Assembly (NCBI GenBank): GCA_963850305.1
Contig: CAWKKR010000006.1
Coordinates: 192,001-256,000 of the forward strand
Source: an uncultured delta proteobacterium
Lineage (GTDB): Bacteria > Myxococcota_A > Polyangia > Polyangiales > Polyangiaceae
Length of the DNA stretch: 64,000 nucleotides
Reading direction: 5' to 3'
The translations under genes were made by a program, and so were the position numbers. Below are positions 41,030 through 52,140 of the stretch, piece after piece (the stretch's first letter is position 1; each line of letters begins with the position of its first letter). Under the pieces are notes generated by a model that saw only the letters and a list, made by a program, of their open reading frames with translations, did not search any database and was not told the DNA's origin.

Positions 41030-42877
41030 ATGTCTTCCGGCAATGCCCGGCCGTGGGCACGCACGTCCCTGGATCGGCTCCTGTCGATCGCAACGTGCGC
41101 GCTCGTCTGCGCGTGCGGTCGAGCGCACGGGGCCGAGGTGAGTCCGGCGGCCACCGGCACGGCGGCAACGAGCCCGAGCGCGCTGCCGTCCGTAGCTCCG
41201 TCGTCGAGCGCTTCGGCCGTGACCACGAGTGACGGCGCGTTCGTCGCGGCCACCGTCATCGCCGCGACGATCTACAAGCTGCCGGAAATCGGCTCGAGGA
41301 AGCTCGGTTACATCCGTCTCGGCCGGCGCGTGAAGCGCGACGCGGAGCCTGTCGACGGCAAGGGCTGCAAGGGCAACTTCTATCACGTCTATCCCACCGG
41401 CTACGTGTGCACGGAGGAAGTGACCACGAACATGGACGATCCGCTCGTTCGAGCCGCGGGACCCGGGCCGGATCTATCGAAGCCCATGCCGTATCACTAC
41501 GGCTTCGTGCGCGCGACCGCGCCGCTCTACCTGCGCGTCCCGACGCACGCCGAGCAGCTGAAGAGCGAGATGGAGCTCGAAGAGCACCTCAAGTGGTACG
41601 AGGACAACAAGTACGACGTCCAGCGCGTCGAACTCGGCGCGAACGACGTCCCCCTGGATCCCAGAGGCTTTCCGCGCATCGGCGGCACGCTACCCCCGGG
41701 ACAGAAGCTCTCCTCGATGCTCAGCCTGGACGAGCTCTTCGGCGGAAGAACGGACGAGCCCGTCCCGTGGTGGCTCGAGGGCGGACGGCGCGTCAAGAAC
41801 GTCTCTGGTTACGACGCTCCCGAGTACGCGGTCTTCGCTGACCGCGTCCGGAGAAAGACGGGGCTCTCGTTCATCGACGGCTTCGTCGCGAAGGACGGAG
41901 ATTTCGAGCGACGGTTCGCCGTCACCGTGGATCTCCGGCTCGTTCCGGCGACGAAGGTGAAGCCGGACATGGCGTCGATGTTCCACGGCGTGGAGATCAC
42001 CGATCGGTTGACGATGCCCTTCGCGTTCGTGAATCAACGCGGCGTCAGCACGTGGAAGTTGCTCAAGGGCGAGGACGTAGCCAAACCCGTGGACGCGATC
42101 CCCGAGCGTGCGATCGTGCCGTTGAGCGGCAGGGCGCGCATCAAGGAAGGAAAGCGATTCTACCAGACTCGCGGCGACCCCACGCGCTGGCTCCGTGCAG
42201 AAGAACTCGGCATCGTGTCGCCGCCGCCGGCGTGGCCCGACGCGGCCGAGAAGGGCCAGAAGTGGATCGATGTCTCGCTCGTCCAGCAGACCCTCGTCCT
42301 CTACGAAGGCAAGCGGGCCATCTACGCGACGCTCGTGTCGACGGGGCAAGACCGTCTCGGCGATCCGAAGACCAGCAAAGCAACCCCGCGGGGTGAGTTT
42401 CATATCCGCAGCAAGCACGTCTCGGCGATGATGGATTCGGAAGAGCACGGCGCCTTCGGCGGCGCTCGTGAGGGAGGGCACGCTCCCAGGCTGACCGAAG
42501 ACGCGGCCGCGACCGTGGAACGCCTGGAGGACGCCGAGAAGAACGGCGAACACCTGAGTGAGGACGACCAGCGACGGCTCGAGAACATAAAGAAGGGCCG
42601 CCATCCCGAGTACGGCATCACGATGCGTCGAGGCTCACAGAACTTCGAGCTACGGGACGTGCCCTGGATCGAATACTTCGCGTCCGGGTACGCCATTCAC
42701 GGCGCGTACTGGCACGACGTCTTCGGCATCCCGCGCAGCCACGGCTGTATCAACCTGAGCCCCATCGACGCGCGCCTCGTCTTCAAGTGGACCGATCCCC
42801 CGCTCCCCGACGGCTGGCAAGGCGTGAATGCCGCACCCGAGACGGGCGAGGGGACCACCGTCATCGTGCGGGAGTGA
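41030..42877 (+). CDS. L,D-transpeptidase family lipoprotein
   Basis: [23 protein letters not shown]. Confidence 0.9.
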   Translation: MSSGNARPWARTSLDRLLSIATCALVCACGRAHGAEVSPAATGTAATSPSALPSVAPSSSASAVTTSDGAFVAATVIAATIYKLPEIGSRKLGYIRLGRRVKRDAEPVDGKGCKGNFYHVYPTGYVCTEEVTTNMDDPLVRAAGPGPDLSKPMPYHYGFVRATAPLYLRVPTHAEQLKSEMELEEHLKWYEDNKYDVQRVELGANDVPLDPRGFPRIGGTLPPGQKLSSMLSLDELFGGRTDEPVPWWLEGGRRVKNVSGYDAPEYAVFADRVRRKTGLSFIDGFVAKDGDFERRFAVTVDLRLVPATKVKPDMASMFHGVEITDRLTMPFAFVNQRGVSTWKLLKGEDVAKPVDAIPERAIVPLSGRARIKEGKRFYQTRGDPTRWLRAEELGIVSPPPAWPDAAEKGQKWIDVSLVQQTLVLYEGKRAIYATLVSTGQDRLGDPKTSKATPRGEFHIRSKHVSAMMDSEEHGAFGGAREGGHAPRLTEDAAATVERLEDAEKNGEHLSEDDQRRLENIKKGRHPEYGITMRRGSQNFELRDVPWIEYFASGYAIHGAYWHDVFGIPRSHGCINLSPIDARLVFKWTDPPLPDGWQGVNAAPETGEGTTVIVRE

Positions 42878-42880
42878 GCG

Positions 42881-43930
42881 TCACGGATAGCCCCCGACGT
42901 CCTCGAGCGACAATCGCTCGTCGAGGCCGAGCATCAGATTCATGTTCTGGATGGCCTGACCGGCGCCGCCCTTCACGAGATTGTCCGCTGCGCCGAAGCA
43001 AGTCACGAGCCGCGTGTCGCCCTCGGTGTCACCGAGGACCGCGCCGACCTCGGCGTAGTTCGACCCGGACACCGCCACGACTTCAGGTAGTCGTGCCGCG
43101 GGCACCCGGACGAAGGGCTCGCCGGCGTAGTGCTCGCGAAATGTCCGCTCGAGCTCTGCGCGCGTGACGCTCGCCGGGATACGGGCGAAGGCCGTCGCGA
43201 AGATGCCGCGCGTGAGCGGCGCCGACACCGGCACGAAATGAACCTTGACAGCTTTCCCCGCTGCGGCTCCGAGCGTCGCTTCGATCTCGGGCACGTGCTG
43301 GTGCTCGAGGGGCCGGTACGTCCGGAGATTCTGCGCGCGCACCGGATGATGCGTCGTCGCACTCGGCGTCACTCCGCTCCCGCTCGAGCCCGTGACGCCG
43401 ACCACGTCCAGCGCGCCCCGGAGCCACCCCGCGCGGGCCAGCGGCAGGACAGCGAGCTCGATCGCAGTCGCAAAACAGCCTGGCGACGCGACGAGCCGGC
43501 TCGAACGAATGCGCTCGCGGTTCAGCTCCGGCAATCCGTACACGAAGGACTCCACGAGCTCGGGCCGCGGATGGGGTCCGCCGTAATAGCGTGCGTACGC
43601 CGCGAGATCGCGGATGCGGAACGCACCCGACATGTCGATGATCCTCGCGTTCGTGCCGGCGAGCGCATCGACAACCTCCACGCTCGCCTGGTGCGGAAGC
43701 CCGAGCAGCACGACGTCCGCGTCGCGGACTGCCTCGGCTGCCGGGAGATCTTCGAAGGAGAGAGGGGTGCGCCCTTCAAGATGCGGGTGCACGCTCGACA
43801 GAGGCTCCCCCACATGATCGAGCGAGCAGACCCGGACGAGCTCCACTTCGGGGTGAAGGAGCAACCGCCGCACGAGCTCGGCGCCCGCGAACCCAGAGCC
43901 CCCGTAAATGACGGCACGAAAGCGCTTCAT
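42881..43930 (-). CDS. argC: N-acetyl-gamma-glutamyl-phosphate reductase
   Basis: GGSGFAG.EL, PGCFAT, DNLVKGGAGQAIQNMN. Confidence 0.95.
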   Translation of the reverse strand: MKRFRAVIYGGSGFAGAELVRRLLLHPEVELVRVCSLDHVGEPLSSVHPHLEGRTPLSFEDLPAAEAVRDADVVLLGLPHQASVEVVDALAGTNARIIDMSGAFRIRDLAAYARYYGGPHPRPELVESFVYGLPELNRERIRSSRLVASPGCFATAIELAVLPLARAGWLRGALDVVGVTGSSGSGVTPSATTHHPVRAQNLRTYRPLEHQHVPEIEATLGAAAGKAVKVHFVPVSAPLTRGIFATAFARIPASVTRAELERTFREHYAGEPFVRVPAARLPEVVAVSGSNYAEVGAVLGDTEGDTRLVTCFGAADNLVKGGAGQAIQNMNLMLGLDERLSLEDVGGYP

Positions 43931-43987
43931 CGATGGTCATTGTGCCGCCGTCGCGCACCCCGTGCACGACGCGCCACGACGAATCCG

Positions 43988-44839
43988 TCAGGGCACGAGC
44001 CGCACGAGAAACCGTGCGTCGAGATCGACGTCCCGCGTGCCCGCGTCCCCGACGATCTGGCCGGCGATGCTGATCTCCAGCGTGTAATCACCCGGAGGAA
44101 ACGGCGCACCCTCGGGATTGGTGGTGTCTGAAGGACCATCCCAATTGCGTCCATCCCACCCGATGGGTATCGAGGGCCAGCTCTGCGCGTACACGCCCTT
44201 CGTCAGGGTGATGGGCTTGCAGGTGTCGTTGCCGGTCAGGTACGAGAACCCGCCGTCTCCCAGCGGACAGAAGGCCGGCGGATCTCCCTCATCACAGAGG
44301 CAATAGCGCTGGGTCCCACCCTGGATCACGGTCGCGACCTGTAGGCCGACGACCGTGGCGCCCGGCACAAACACGACTCCCGAACTCGAAACGCGGGACA
44401 TGTAGCCCGGGACGTCTTCGTCGATCACGACGTCGTAGGAAAAGCGGATCCCGGCGCTGGCTTCCGCTTGCGTGAACGCGCACGGCTGGCTCGGAAACTC
44501 GACGTGCACGTGCGGGATCGTGGACGTGTTCGAGAGGACGCAATTCGCTGGTTGTTCTGGAGGAGGCTCGTTCACGGGCTGCGAGTCCGGCTCGGTGAAA
44601 CTGGCGTCGTGGCTGGCGTCCTTCCCCGAGTCGGAGTTCGCAGTCGCGCCCGCGCACGTTCCGGTTTCACAGCGGCCGCTGTCGCAGTCTGCGTTCGTCT
44701 TGCAGTGCGCGAAATGGGACTCGCTTCCGGACCCCGTCGACGTGCTCGCGCACGCGGAAGCCATCGCGCCGAGCAGGGCGATGAGAAGGATTCGCAGTGA
44801 CCTCTTAGAAGCTATGTTCGTCATCTCGCTCGGCGTCAT
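43988..44839 (-). CDS. Cys-rich hypothetical lipoprotein
   Basis: ASAC lipobox; C....DC..G.C....C; WDG.NW.G. Confidence 0.7.
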   Translation of the reverse strand: MTPSEMTNIASKRSLRILLIALLGAMASACASTSTGSGSESHFAHCKTNADCDSGRCETGTCAGATANSDSGKDASHDASFTEPDSQPVNEPPPEQPANCVLSNTSTIPHVHVEFPSQPCAFTQAEASAGIRFSYDVVIDEDVPGYMSRVSSSGVVFVPGATVVGLQVATVIQGGTQRYCLCDEGDPPAFCPLGDGGFSYLTGNDTCKPITLTKGVYAQSWPSIPIGWDGRNWDGPSDTTNPEGAPFPPGDYTLEISIAGQIVGDAGTRDVDLDARFLVRLVP

Positions 44840-44877
44840 GACGGCTCGACTCCGAGTCGCGGCCGCCTAAAGGTCCG

Positions 44878-46641
44878 CTACTTGTCCTCACCCGACAGTG
44901 TGATCGGTACCCACAGGGTACGGACTTGCGTGAAATCCCCGCGACGGGTGTAGCCAGCGAGGCCGTAGAGGATGTTCCACCAGTGTCCGTTCGGTGTCTC
45001 GCCGTAGCTGAACACGGGGAAGAAGTGGACCTCCCAGTCGAGCCCGCGGGGGAGCTTTTTCTCGTGGTAATATGTGTTACCGACGAGTTCGGAGACGCTG
45101 GTCTCGTCGGCGAAGCGCCAGTAAAGAGGGAAGCCGACGGTCGCCCGCGAAGACGGGGACGCGAAGTCCCAGAAGATCGGCGCGACCACCGTGTGGGTCG
45201 CAGCGCCGTCACGCCCCATGTAGAGGAACGGATAAATGTTGGTCGACCAGCCGCTGAGATCGTTCGTGTGCTGGAAGAAGGGCGTGACCCAGGTGCTGTC
45301 GCTGATGCCGTATCGTTCGAAATGTCCCCAGAACGGGAAGAACATTTGATTGGATTCACGGGGGCTGGTCCGTGAATACAGAAACGGAAATAGAAGCTGC
45401 TCGTCGAGCCCGATGTCCGGGTCCCGGTAGTGCCAGTACAGCGGCGTGATCATATCGAGCTGCGTGCGACCGCGGTGGCGCGCATACAGCCAGGTGATGA
45501 ACGTCGAGTCTCCGGTTTCGCCCTTCTTGAGCAAAAAGAGCGGGGTGATGAGCAGACTCGAGTTCCCCGACCAGCCGTAGTGAAAGAACGGCAAGAGCGT
45601 CGTGTGCCGTTCGTGCTCGCCCCAGAGCGAATAATAAAAGGGGAACACGTGGAGCGCGTCGCGCGTCTCGGAGTGGTGCCGGTAATACGGTCCCCACACG
45701 TCGACCCACGACGAGTCCCGCGCGTCTTCACCGTGATAGTGAAGGAGCGGCGGGACCAAATCGTACGAGGTCGTCTCGGTCTGTCCGTGAAAGTAAAGCG
45801 GAACGAGGCCGAGGTCGATGTTCGTCGCGGTGCGCGTATCGCAGGTCTCGCCGCCCTTCCACGAACAGAAGCCCGGCCCGATGAGGTTGAACCCCCCATG
45901 CTCGTCGTGGTGCAGGTATGTGAGCAGCGGCGGGATGAGCGTGTAGCCCCCGTGCGGGCGGGTCCCGGTGAAGTAGAGCGGCGCCAACCAATCGTCGCTC
46001 TCGCCCGGAGCGCGCCGGTTGACGAAGGGGCCGACAATCGTCGTCCGACTCGCCTTGTCCGAGAGGTTCCAGAAGAGCGGGAACAGAATGTCGTCCGAGC
46101 GGGACGCGCTCCGGCGGTTGTAATAGAGCCCGCCGAAGAGCGACGCGCGGTCGGTCTTGGTCGGATCGTCGAGGCTCGGCTGCGTCCGTTCGAACCAGAG
46201 CGGGAACAGCGTCCGGAACCGATACTTGTTGCTCTCTTCATCGTACCAGAGCCCGTAGAAGTGCCGCGTCGCCGTCGGGCCGCGGCCGAGCTCGTGCTCG
46301 CCAGGCATCGAATCGGTGCCAATCTGGCTCGCGATGCTCTTCGGGATCTGGAGCGGCTTTGCCGGAAGAGTCGGCTCGTTTCCCGACGGAAGGACCTCGT
46401 CGGACGCGCCGGACGCGGCATGCGTCTCCGGCTCGTTCGGGTTCTTCTTCGGCTTTTTCTTGCCGCTCGACGGAGCTCCGCCGCCGAAACCGCTCTGACC
46501 AAAGCCGCCAGGGCCGCCCATGCCGCTGCCCATGCCGCCGCCCATGCCGCCGAAGCCTTGCGCGAACGCATCGGGGACTCCGAGGAACGCCAGGGCCGCG
46601 AGCGCTAGTAGCGCGGTGCTGAAAGACCGGACGAGGCTCAA
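44878..46641 (-). CDS. Exported aromatic-rich repeat protein
   Basis: Signal peptide; more than 20 LFPLFW-like motifs every ~16-18 aa. Confidence 0.8.
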   Translation of the reverse strand: MSLVRSFSTALLALAALAFLGVPDAFAQGFGGMGGGMGSGMGGPGGFGQSGFGGGAPSSGKKKPKKNPNEPETHAASGASDEVLPSGNEPTLPAKPLQIPKSIASQIGTDSMPGEHELGRGPTATRHFYGLWYDEESNKYRFRTLFPLWFERTQPSLDDPTKTDRASLFGGLYYNRRSASRSDDILFPLFWNLSDKASRTTIVGPFVNRRAPGESDDWLAPLYFTGTRPHGGYTLIPPLLTYLHHDEHGGFNLIGPGFCSWKGGETCDTRTATNIDLGLVPLYFHGQTETTSYDLVPPLLHYHGEDARDSSWVDVWGPYYRHHSETRDALHVFPFYYSLWGEHERHTTLLPFFHYGWSGNSSLLITPLFLLKKGETGDSTFITWLYARHRGRTQLDMITPLYWHYRDPDIGLDEQLLFPFLYSRTSPRESNQMFFPFWGHFERYGISDSTWVTPFFQHTNDLSGWSTNIYPFLYMGRDGAATHTVVAPIFWDFASPSSRATVGFPLYWRFADETSVSELVGNTYYHEKKLPRGLDWEVHFFPVFSYGETPNGHWWNILYGLAGYTRRGDFTQVRTLWVPITLSGEDK

Positions 46642-47915
46642 CGGGGCTCCTCGTGGGAGATCGCTGCAAGCATCGCGGCGATCACATCCACGGCGGTGTC
46701 TCTTCGTTCCGCCGTTTCGCTATGAGACGCGAGGTCTTTGACCTTCACGATGCCCTGGTCGAGCTCGGAATCGCCGATGAGAATGCACAGGCGCGCATTC
46801 AGGCCGTTCGCGCGACGGAGCATGCTCTTCAGCGAGCCCGCGCGGCCGTCGAGGTCGACGCGCACCCCTCTCTCACGCAGCTCGCGCGCCAGTAGTAGCC
46901 CGGCCCCGATCGCGCGCTCGCCGATCGGCGCCACGAAGACCGACGGCTCGATCGAAATCGCGCGGTCGCCCATCGCGAGGAGAACGCGCTCGAGCCCGAT
47001 CGCGAATCCGATGGCCGGCACGGACGGTCCTCCGAGGTCGCCGATCATGGCGTCGTAGCGCCCTCCGCCGCCGATGGCGTTCTGCGCGCCAAGACCGCCC
47101 GAGGCGCTCTGGATCTCGAACAGGGTGCGCGTGTAGTAGTCGAGTCCGCGTACGAGGCGCGGCTCGGCGCGATACGGCACCCCGAGCGCGTCCAGGTGGC
47201 TCCGGAGGTCGTCCCAGTGCTTCCGGTCGGCCGCGTCGAGCAGGTCCAGGATCGGCGGAGCGTCCCGGACGAGCTCCTGGTCGCGCTCGTTCTTCGAGTC
47301 GAGGATCCGGAGCGCGTTGTCGGCGAGACGGCGGTGCGAGCTCTCGCTCAGCTCCGCGGCCCGCGGCGTCAGATGTGCCCGAAGCAGGTCTCGGTACTTC
47401 TCGCGGGTCCCCGCGGCGCCGAGCGAGTTCACGAGCACCTGCACGTCATCGATGCCGAGGCTTCGGAAGAAGCGGTACAGCATGTCGATCATCTCGGCGT
47501 CGGCCGCGGGGCCCGGGTCGCCGAAGATCTCGCAGCCCGCCTGATAGAACTGCCGGAAGCGCCCGCGCTGGGGCCGCTCTGCCCGGAACATCGGTCCGAG
47601 GTAGTACCAGCGAGACACGGGTTCCCGAGCCTGAACGGCGTGCTCGACGTAGGCCCGGGCGGCGCCAGCCGTCCCCTCGGGGCGCAACGTGAGCGAGTCC
47701 CCGTGGTGGTCCAGCGTGAACATTTCTTTTTGAACGATGTCCGTCGTTTCCCCCACGGAGCGGACGAACAGCTCGGTCGGCTCGAGGAGCGGGGTGCGAA
47801 TCTCGCCGTACCCGTGGCGTTCGACCGTCTCGCGAAAGGCCGTCTCGAGCGCACGCCAGCGCCGAACCTCGTCCGGGAGGATGTCGTTCATCCCCTTGGC
47901 GGCGCGGTACTGCAT
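46638..47915 (-). CDS. hisS: Histidine-tRNA ligase
   Basis: LRPEGTA, FRAERPQ.GR.RQF, LVRGLDYY, GGGRYD. Confidence 0.97.
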   Translation of the reverse strand: MQYRAAKGMNDILPDEVRRWRALETAFRETVERHGYGEIRTPLLEPTELFVRSVGETTDIVQKEMFTLDHHGDSLTLRPEGTAGAARAYVEHAVQAREPVSRWYYLGPMFRAERPQRGRFRQFYQAGCEIFGDPGPAADAEMIDMLYRFFRSLGIDDVQVLVNSLGAAGTREKYRDLLRAHLTPRAAELSESSHRRLADNALRILDSKNERDQELVRDAPPILDLLDAADRKHWDDLRSHLDALGVPYRAEPRLVRGLDYYTRTLFEIQSASGGLGAQNAIGGGGRYDAMIGDLGGPSVPAIGFAIGLERVLLAMGDRAISIEPSVFVAPIGERAIGAGLLLARELRERGVRVDLDGRAGSLKSMLRRANGLNARLCILIGDSELDQGIVKVKDLASHSETAERRDTAVDVIAAMLAAISHEEPR

Positions 47916-48105
47916 GGCTGTCGTCGGGGGCCGATTTCGAGGGTTTCCCTTGGGTCCCGAACGCGGCGAGCCGGAGCCTTATCCTAAAAGCGCTCGGTCG
48001 GGTCAAGGATCGCGCCCGCATTCGGAGAGGCCATCTCGAAGGGCCTCCACAAAGCCGGAAAATAGCGTGCTAGGTTCGGCGCGGAGCGAGTTCGCGGACG
48101 ACACC

Positions 48106-48528
48106 ATGCGGGCCGCCGGCATCAATCTGGGCAAAGTACGTGTCGGACTCGCCATCGCGGACGAGCTCGGGCTCCTCGCGCACCCCCGGCCACATCTGGA
48201 CGGGCGGAACCCCCGCGCTCTGCTCGAGACCCTGGCGCGCCTCGCCGAATCCGACGATATCGCCGTCTTCGTCGTGGGGCTGCCCCGCGCGCTGTCCGGT
48301 ACCGAGGGCGCGCCCGCTCGCCGCGCGCGACGCTTCGCCGACCAGCTCGCGGCGCGCACCGGGCGGCGCGTCGAGCTCGTCGAGGAATGGCTCACGACGC
48401 GCGAGGCGCGCGGCCGCCTCCGCGATCAGGGGCTAAGAGAACGTGAGCTGCGCGGGAAAGTCGACAGCGCCGCCGCGGCGGTCCTCCTCCAATCGTGGCT
48501 CGACGGTCAGGCGAGGCCCGACGCTTGA
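48106..48528 (+). CDS. ruvX: YqgF/RuvX nuclease
   Basis: VVGLP, E.LTT, VDSAAA..LLQ; precedes mltG. Confidence 0.85.
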   Translation: MRAAGINLGKVRVGLAIADELGLLAHPRPHLDGRNPRALLETLARLAESDDIAVFVVGLPRALSGTEGAPARRARRFADQLAARTGRRVELVEEWLTTREARGRLRDQGLRERELRGKVDSAAAAVLLQSWLDGQARPDA

Positions 48529-49670
48529 CCGCAAAGAAGCGCCGCCGCCCGCGCTCGGGGAGAGCGACACGACGGAAGAAGCCCGAGCCGGACTCCGCCG
48601 CTCCTGCACCCGGCAAGTCGAGGCGGTACGCGCTGGGCGCGCTCGCCGCCGGACTCGCCGCGCTGGTCGCCTACGGAACCGCCGCGACGCTGGGATGGCT
48701 CACGGTTCCCCGTCCGGGCACGGGTCGGAGGGTCGAGATTCTCTGGCCCGGGAACCATGAAGAGGGAGTGGGCACTCTCGTGGCCGCGGGGCTCGTCGAT
48801 CGACAGAGGCTGTTTCGCGCGCTCCTCGGCGTGGTCTCCCCCTTCGTCAGCCCGGTTCCCGGCCCGCACTTGCTCGCCGACGACCTGACGCCGTGGGAAC
48901 TGATACGGCGTCTCGCGCGCTCGTCGTCGCGTGCGCACGCGAAGGTCGTGATCCCGGAGGGGTTCAATCGGTTCCAGGTCTCCGCGCGTCTCGAAGAATC
49001 AGGCGTCTGTTCCCGGCGCTCCTTCGACGCGGCGGTCACGGATCCGAAAATCCTCGGCACGCTCGGTCTTTCGGGAGACTCCGCGGAAGGCTACCTGTTC
49101 CCCGCGACATACGATCTGCTGGCCGACACGCCGGGCACGGCCGTCCTGAGCGAGCTGGTGAACGAGACGAAGAAGCGGGTCGGAGCGCTCCGCGCCGACC
49201 ACGCGGTCGACTTCGCGCGCCTGGCAACGAAATATGGCTGGACCGAACGTCAGGTCCTGACGCTGGCGTCCATCGTGGAAAGAGAAGCCGCGCGCGCGGA
49301 AGAGCAGCCACTCATTGCGAGCGTGTTCTTCAACCGGCTAGACGATCCGAGCTTCCGTCCTCTGAAGACGCTCCAATCCGATCCGACTGCCGGTTACGGC
49401 TGTCTGATTCTGCCCACGTTGGCGTCGTGCGCCGGCTACTCGGGCCACGTGACGCCGGCGATGGTGCGCGACGCCGCGAACCCGTACAACACCTACAAAC
49501 ACCCCGGGCTGCCCCCGGGGCCTATTTCCAACCCCGGCCTGTCGGCAATCGAGTCCGTCCTCGCGCCGGCGACGACGAATTACTTGTTTTTCGTGCGCTC
49601 GGGCCAGGGGCGTCACGCCTTCAGCCAGACCTTCGAAGCTCACGAAACCGCGATCGGTCGAGCCCGGTAG
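48525..49670 (+). CDS. mltG: Endolytic transglycosylase
   Basis: IPEG, EGYLFP.TY, LASIVERE, LQSDPT, YNTY...GLPPGPI.NPG. Confidence 0.93.
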   Translation: MTAKKRRRPRSGRATRRKKPEPDSAAPAPGKSRRYALGALAAGLAALVAYGTAATLGWLTVPRPGTGRRVEILWPGNHEEGVGTLVAAGLVDRQRLFRALLGVVSPFVSPVPGPHLLADDLTPWELIRRLARSSSRAHAKVVIPEGFNRFQVSARLEESGVCSRRSFDAAVTDPKILGTLGLSGDSAEGYLFPATYDLLADTPGTAVLSELVNETKKRVGALRADHAVDFARLATKYGWTERQVLTLASIVEREAARAEEQPLIASVFFNRLDDPSFRPLKTLQSDPTAGYGCLILPTLASCAGYSGHVTPAMVRDAANPYNTYKHPGLPPGPISNPGLSAIESVLAPATTNYLFFVRSGQGRHAFSQTFEAHETAIGRAR

Positions 49671-49725
49671 CGGCGCGAAACCGCGGCGGTTGCCGCATCG
49701 ACACCGGTGGCTTAGTAGCGAGTCC

Positions 49726-51690
49726 ATGAGCGACTTCGACCAGGCTGTGCGCACCGTCCAGTTCCTCTCCGTCGACGGCGTGGAAAAAGCCAACAGTGGG
49801 CACCCCGGAACGCCGATGGCTCTCGCAGGCATCGCGGTGGAGCTCTTCACGCAGCAACTCCGTTACAACCCCGCGGACCCGGCGTGGCCGAACCGAGATC
49901 GGTTCGTGCTCTCGTGCGGCCATGCGTCGATGCTCCTCTATTCGACGCTTCATCTCGCGGGCTACGACGTCACTCTGGACGACCTGAAGCAGTTCCGCCA
50001 GTGGGGATCGAGGACCGCGGGGCATCCCGAGCACGGTCACCTGCCCGGCATCGAGACGACCACCGGTCCGCTCGGGCAGGGCATCGGCAACGCAATCGGC
50101 ATGGCGATCGCGGGCAAGATGCTCGCCGCCCGCTTCAACACTCCCGACACCACGCTCTTCGACTACCGCGTGTTCGTCCTCGCGTCGGATGGCGACATCA
50201 TGGAGGGCGTTTCGGCGGAAGCCGCGAGCATCGCGGGGCACCTCGGGCTCGACAACCTCATCCTCATCTATGACGACAATCGCATCACCATCGACGGCGC
50301 GACGTCGCTGTCGTTCAGCGAAGACGTGGCCAAGCGCTACGAGGCGTACGGTTTTGCGACGGAAAAGGTCAACGGGCACGACCCTGCGGCGGTCCACGCG
50401 GCGGTCGAGAAAGCGAAGTCCACCAAGGGAAAGCCGACGTTGATCGTGGCCCGTACGCACATCGGCATCGGCGCACCCACGAAACAGGACACGTCGAGCG
50501 CCCACGGCGAGCCCCTCGGCGCGGCCGAGCTCGCCGCGACGAAGAAGGCTGCGGGCTGGCCGCTCGAGCCCACGTTTTACATCCCGGAAGCCGCGCGCGC
50601 GCCGTTCAAGCAACACACCGATGCGATGAAGCCGATCTACGGCGCCTGGCAGAAGCTCGAAGCCGGGCTCACCGGAGAGCGCGCTGCGCTGTGGAAGAAG
50701 TTCAAGACGCGAGAAGTGCCCGCGGACATCCTCGAGCAGCTCGTGAAGGCGACGGCGCCTGCCGTGAAAGCTACGCGCGTCCTCGCGAGCACGGCCGAGC
50801 AAAAGGCAGCGTCGCTGATCCCGACCTTGATCGGCGGAGCGGCGGACCTCGCGCGTTCGACGAACACGAACATCAAGGACGGCGGGGACGTCGAACGAGA
50901 CCAATTTGCGGGCCGCAACCTCCATTTCGGCATCCGCGAGCACGGCATGGGCGCAATCCTCAACGGGCTCGCGCTGTCGGGGTTCGTTCCGTTCGGGTCC
51001 ACGTTCCTGATCTTCAGCGACTACGTGCGACCGTCCATTCGACTCGCGGCGCTGATGGGGCTCCAGCTCGTCTACGCCTTCACCCACGATTCGATCTTCC
51101 TCGGCGAGGACGGGCCCACGCATCAGCCCATCGAACAGCTCTGGTCGCTGCGGCTCATTCCGAACGTTCACGTGTTCCGACCCGCCGACGCGATGGAATC
51201 GGCGGCGGCGTGGGCGTACGCGCTGGAGCGCCGCGACGGCCCGACCCTGCTTGCCCTGTCGCGCCAGAATCTGCCGATCCTCGAGCGCCCTGCCGGCTTC
51301 GACCCGAAGCGAATCTACGACGGCGCGTACATCCTCTCGGACGCGCAGAATCCGGATCTGGTGCTGATCGCGACCGGCAGCGAGGTTGGCCTCGCACTCG
51401 AGACCAAGAAGCTGCTCGAAGCAAAGGGGCGACGCACCCGAGTCGTCTCGGCGCCGTGCCTCGAAGCCTTCGAGCGGCTGTCGCCCACGGCGCGAGAAGC
51501 CGTGCTGGGTCGTGGCATTCGTCGTGTCTCGATCGAAGCTGGGCGCACTCGCGCCTGGCACGAAATCATCGGTGAGGGAGGTCTGTGTATCGGCCTCGAC
51601 CGATTCGGCGCGAGTGCACCGGCAGGCGCCCTCGCGGAGCACCTGGGATTGACGGCCGCAACGGTCGCGGCGAAAATCCTCGGCGAGTGA
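49726..51690 (+). CDS. tkt: Transketolase
   Basis: SGHPG, TTGPLGQG, FGIREH, GEDGPTHQP. Confidence 0.97.
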   Translation: MSDFDQAVRTVQFLSVDGVEKANSGHPGTPMALAGIAVELFTQQLRYNPADPAWPNRDRFVLSCGHASMLLYSTLHLAGYDVTLDDLKQFRQWGSRTAGHPEHGHLPGIETTTGPLGQGIGNAIGMAIAGKMLAARFNTPDTTLFDYRVFVLASDGDIMEGVSAEAASIAGHLGLDNLILIYDDNRITIDGATSLSFSEDVAKRYEAYGFATEKVNGHDPAAVHAAVEKAKSTKGKPTLIVARTHIGIGAPTKQDTSSAHGEPLGAAELAATKKAAGWPLEPTFYIPEAARAPFKQHTDAMKPIYGAWQKLEAGLTGERAALWKKFKTREVPADILEQLVKATAPAVKATRVLASTAEQKAASLIPTLIGGAADLARSTNTNIKDGGDVERDQFAGRNLHFGIREHGMGAILNGLALSGFVPFGSTFLIFSDYVRPSIRLAALMGLQLVYAFTHDSIFLGEDGPTHQPIEQLWSLRLIPNVHVFRPADAMESAAAWAYALERRDGPTLLALSRQNLPILERPAGFDPKRIYDGAYILSDAQNPDLVLIATGSEVGLALETKKLLEAKGRRTRVVSAPCLEAFERLSPTAREAVLGRGIRRVSIEAGRTRAWHEIIGEGGLCIGLDRFGASAPAGALAEHLGLTAATVAAKILGE

Positions 51691-52040
51691 AGTCACCCCT
51701 CGGGAACTTGCCCGTCGTTCTCGTGCCGCATCCTCACGTGCGGGTGGACGGGCACGTGCTCGGCGGCAGTCCGTACGTCACGGGAACGCGCGTACCGGTC
51801 CGCCGGCTCTGGGCATTTTATCGGAATGGTGCGCGAGTGGAGACGCTCATCAAGCGCTATCCCCAGCTCGGCGCGGCGAAGATTTTCGATGCGCTCGCGT
51901 TCGCCTGGGACAATCAGCAGGTGATCGAGATGGATCTGGCGCGCGAGGCGGCGCTGCTCGGCCGGGACGGTCCCGCGGTGGCGAGCAAGTCTGGCTCCCA
52001 GATGGACCTGCCGTTCTCTCTCCCGAAAAAGATCGGTTGA
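51687..52040 (+). CDS. DUF433 protein
   Basis: GG.P...GTRVPV, YPQL....I.DAL. Confidence 0.8.
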   Translation: MKSPLGNLPVVLVPHPHVRVDGHVLGGSPYVTGTRVPVRRLWAFYRNGARVETLIKRYPQLGAAKIFDALAFAWDNQQVIEMDLAREAALLGRDGPAVASKSGSQMDLPFSLPKKIG

Positions 52041-52140
52041 GACCCGCTTTCTCCGCACTTGCGTCTCGCAGGTGCCCGACAAGCCCCCATCGACCGGCGA
52101 GCCCCGTGGGCACGAACCGAGTCGATAGGAGGCTCGGCTC

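Noticed and set aside
49621..51696. Long antisense ORFs (also opposite the IS, menD and others)
   Set aside because: Shadow frames expected in high-GC coding DNA; no motifs
51687..52040. DUF433 toxin-antitoxin pair
   Set aside because: No adjacent PIN-like toxin; the gene is a solo coupled to tkt
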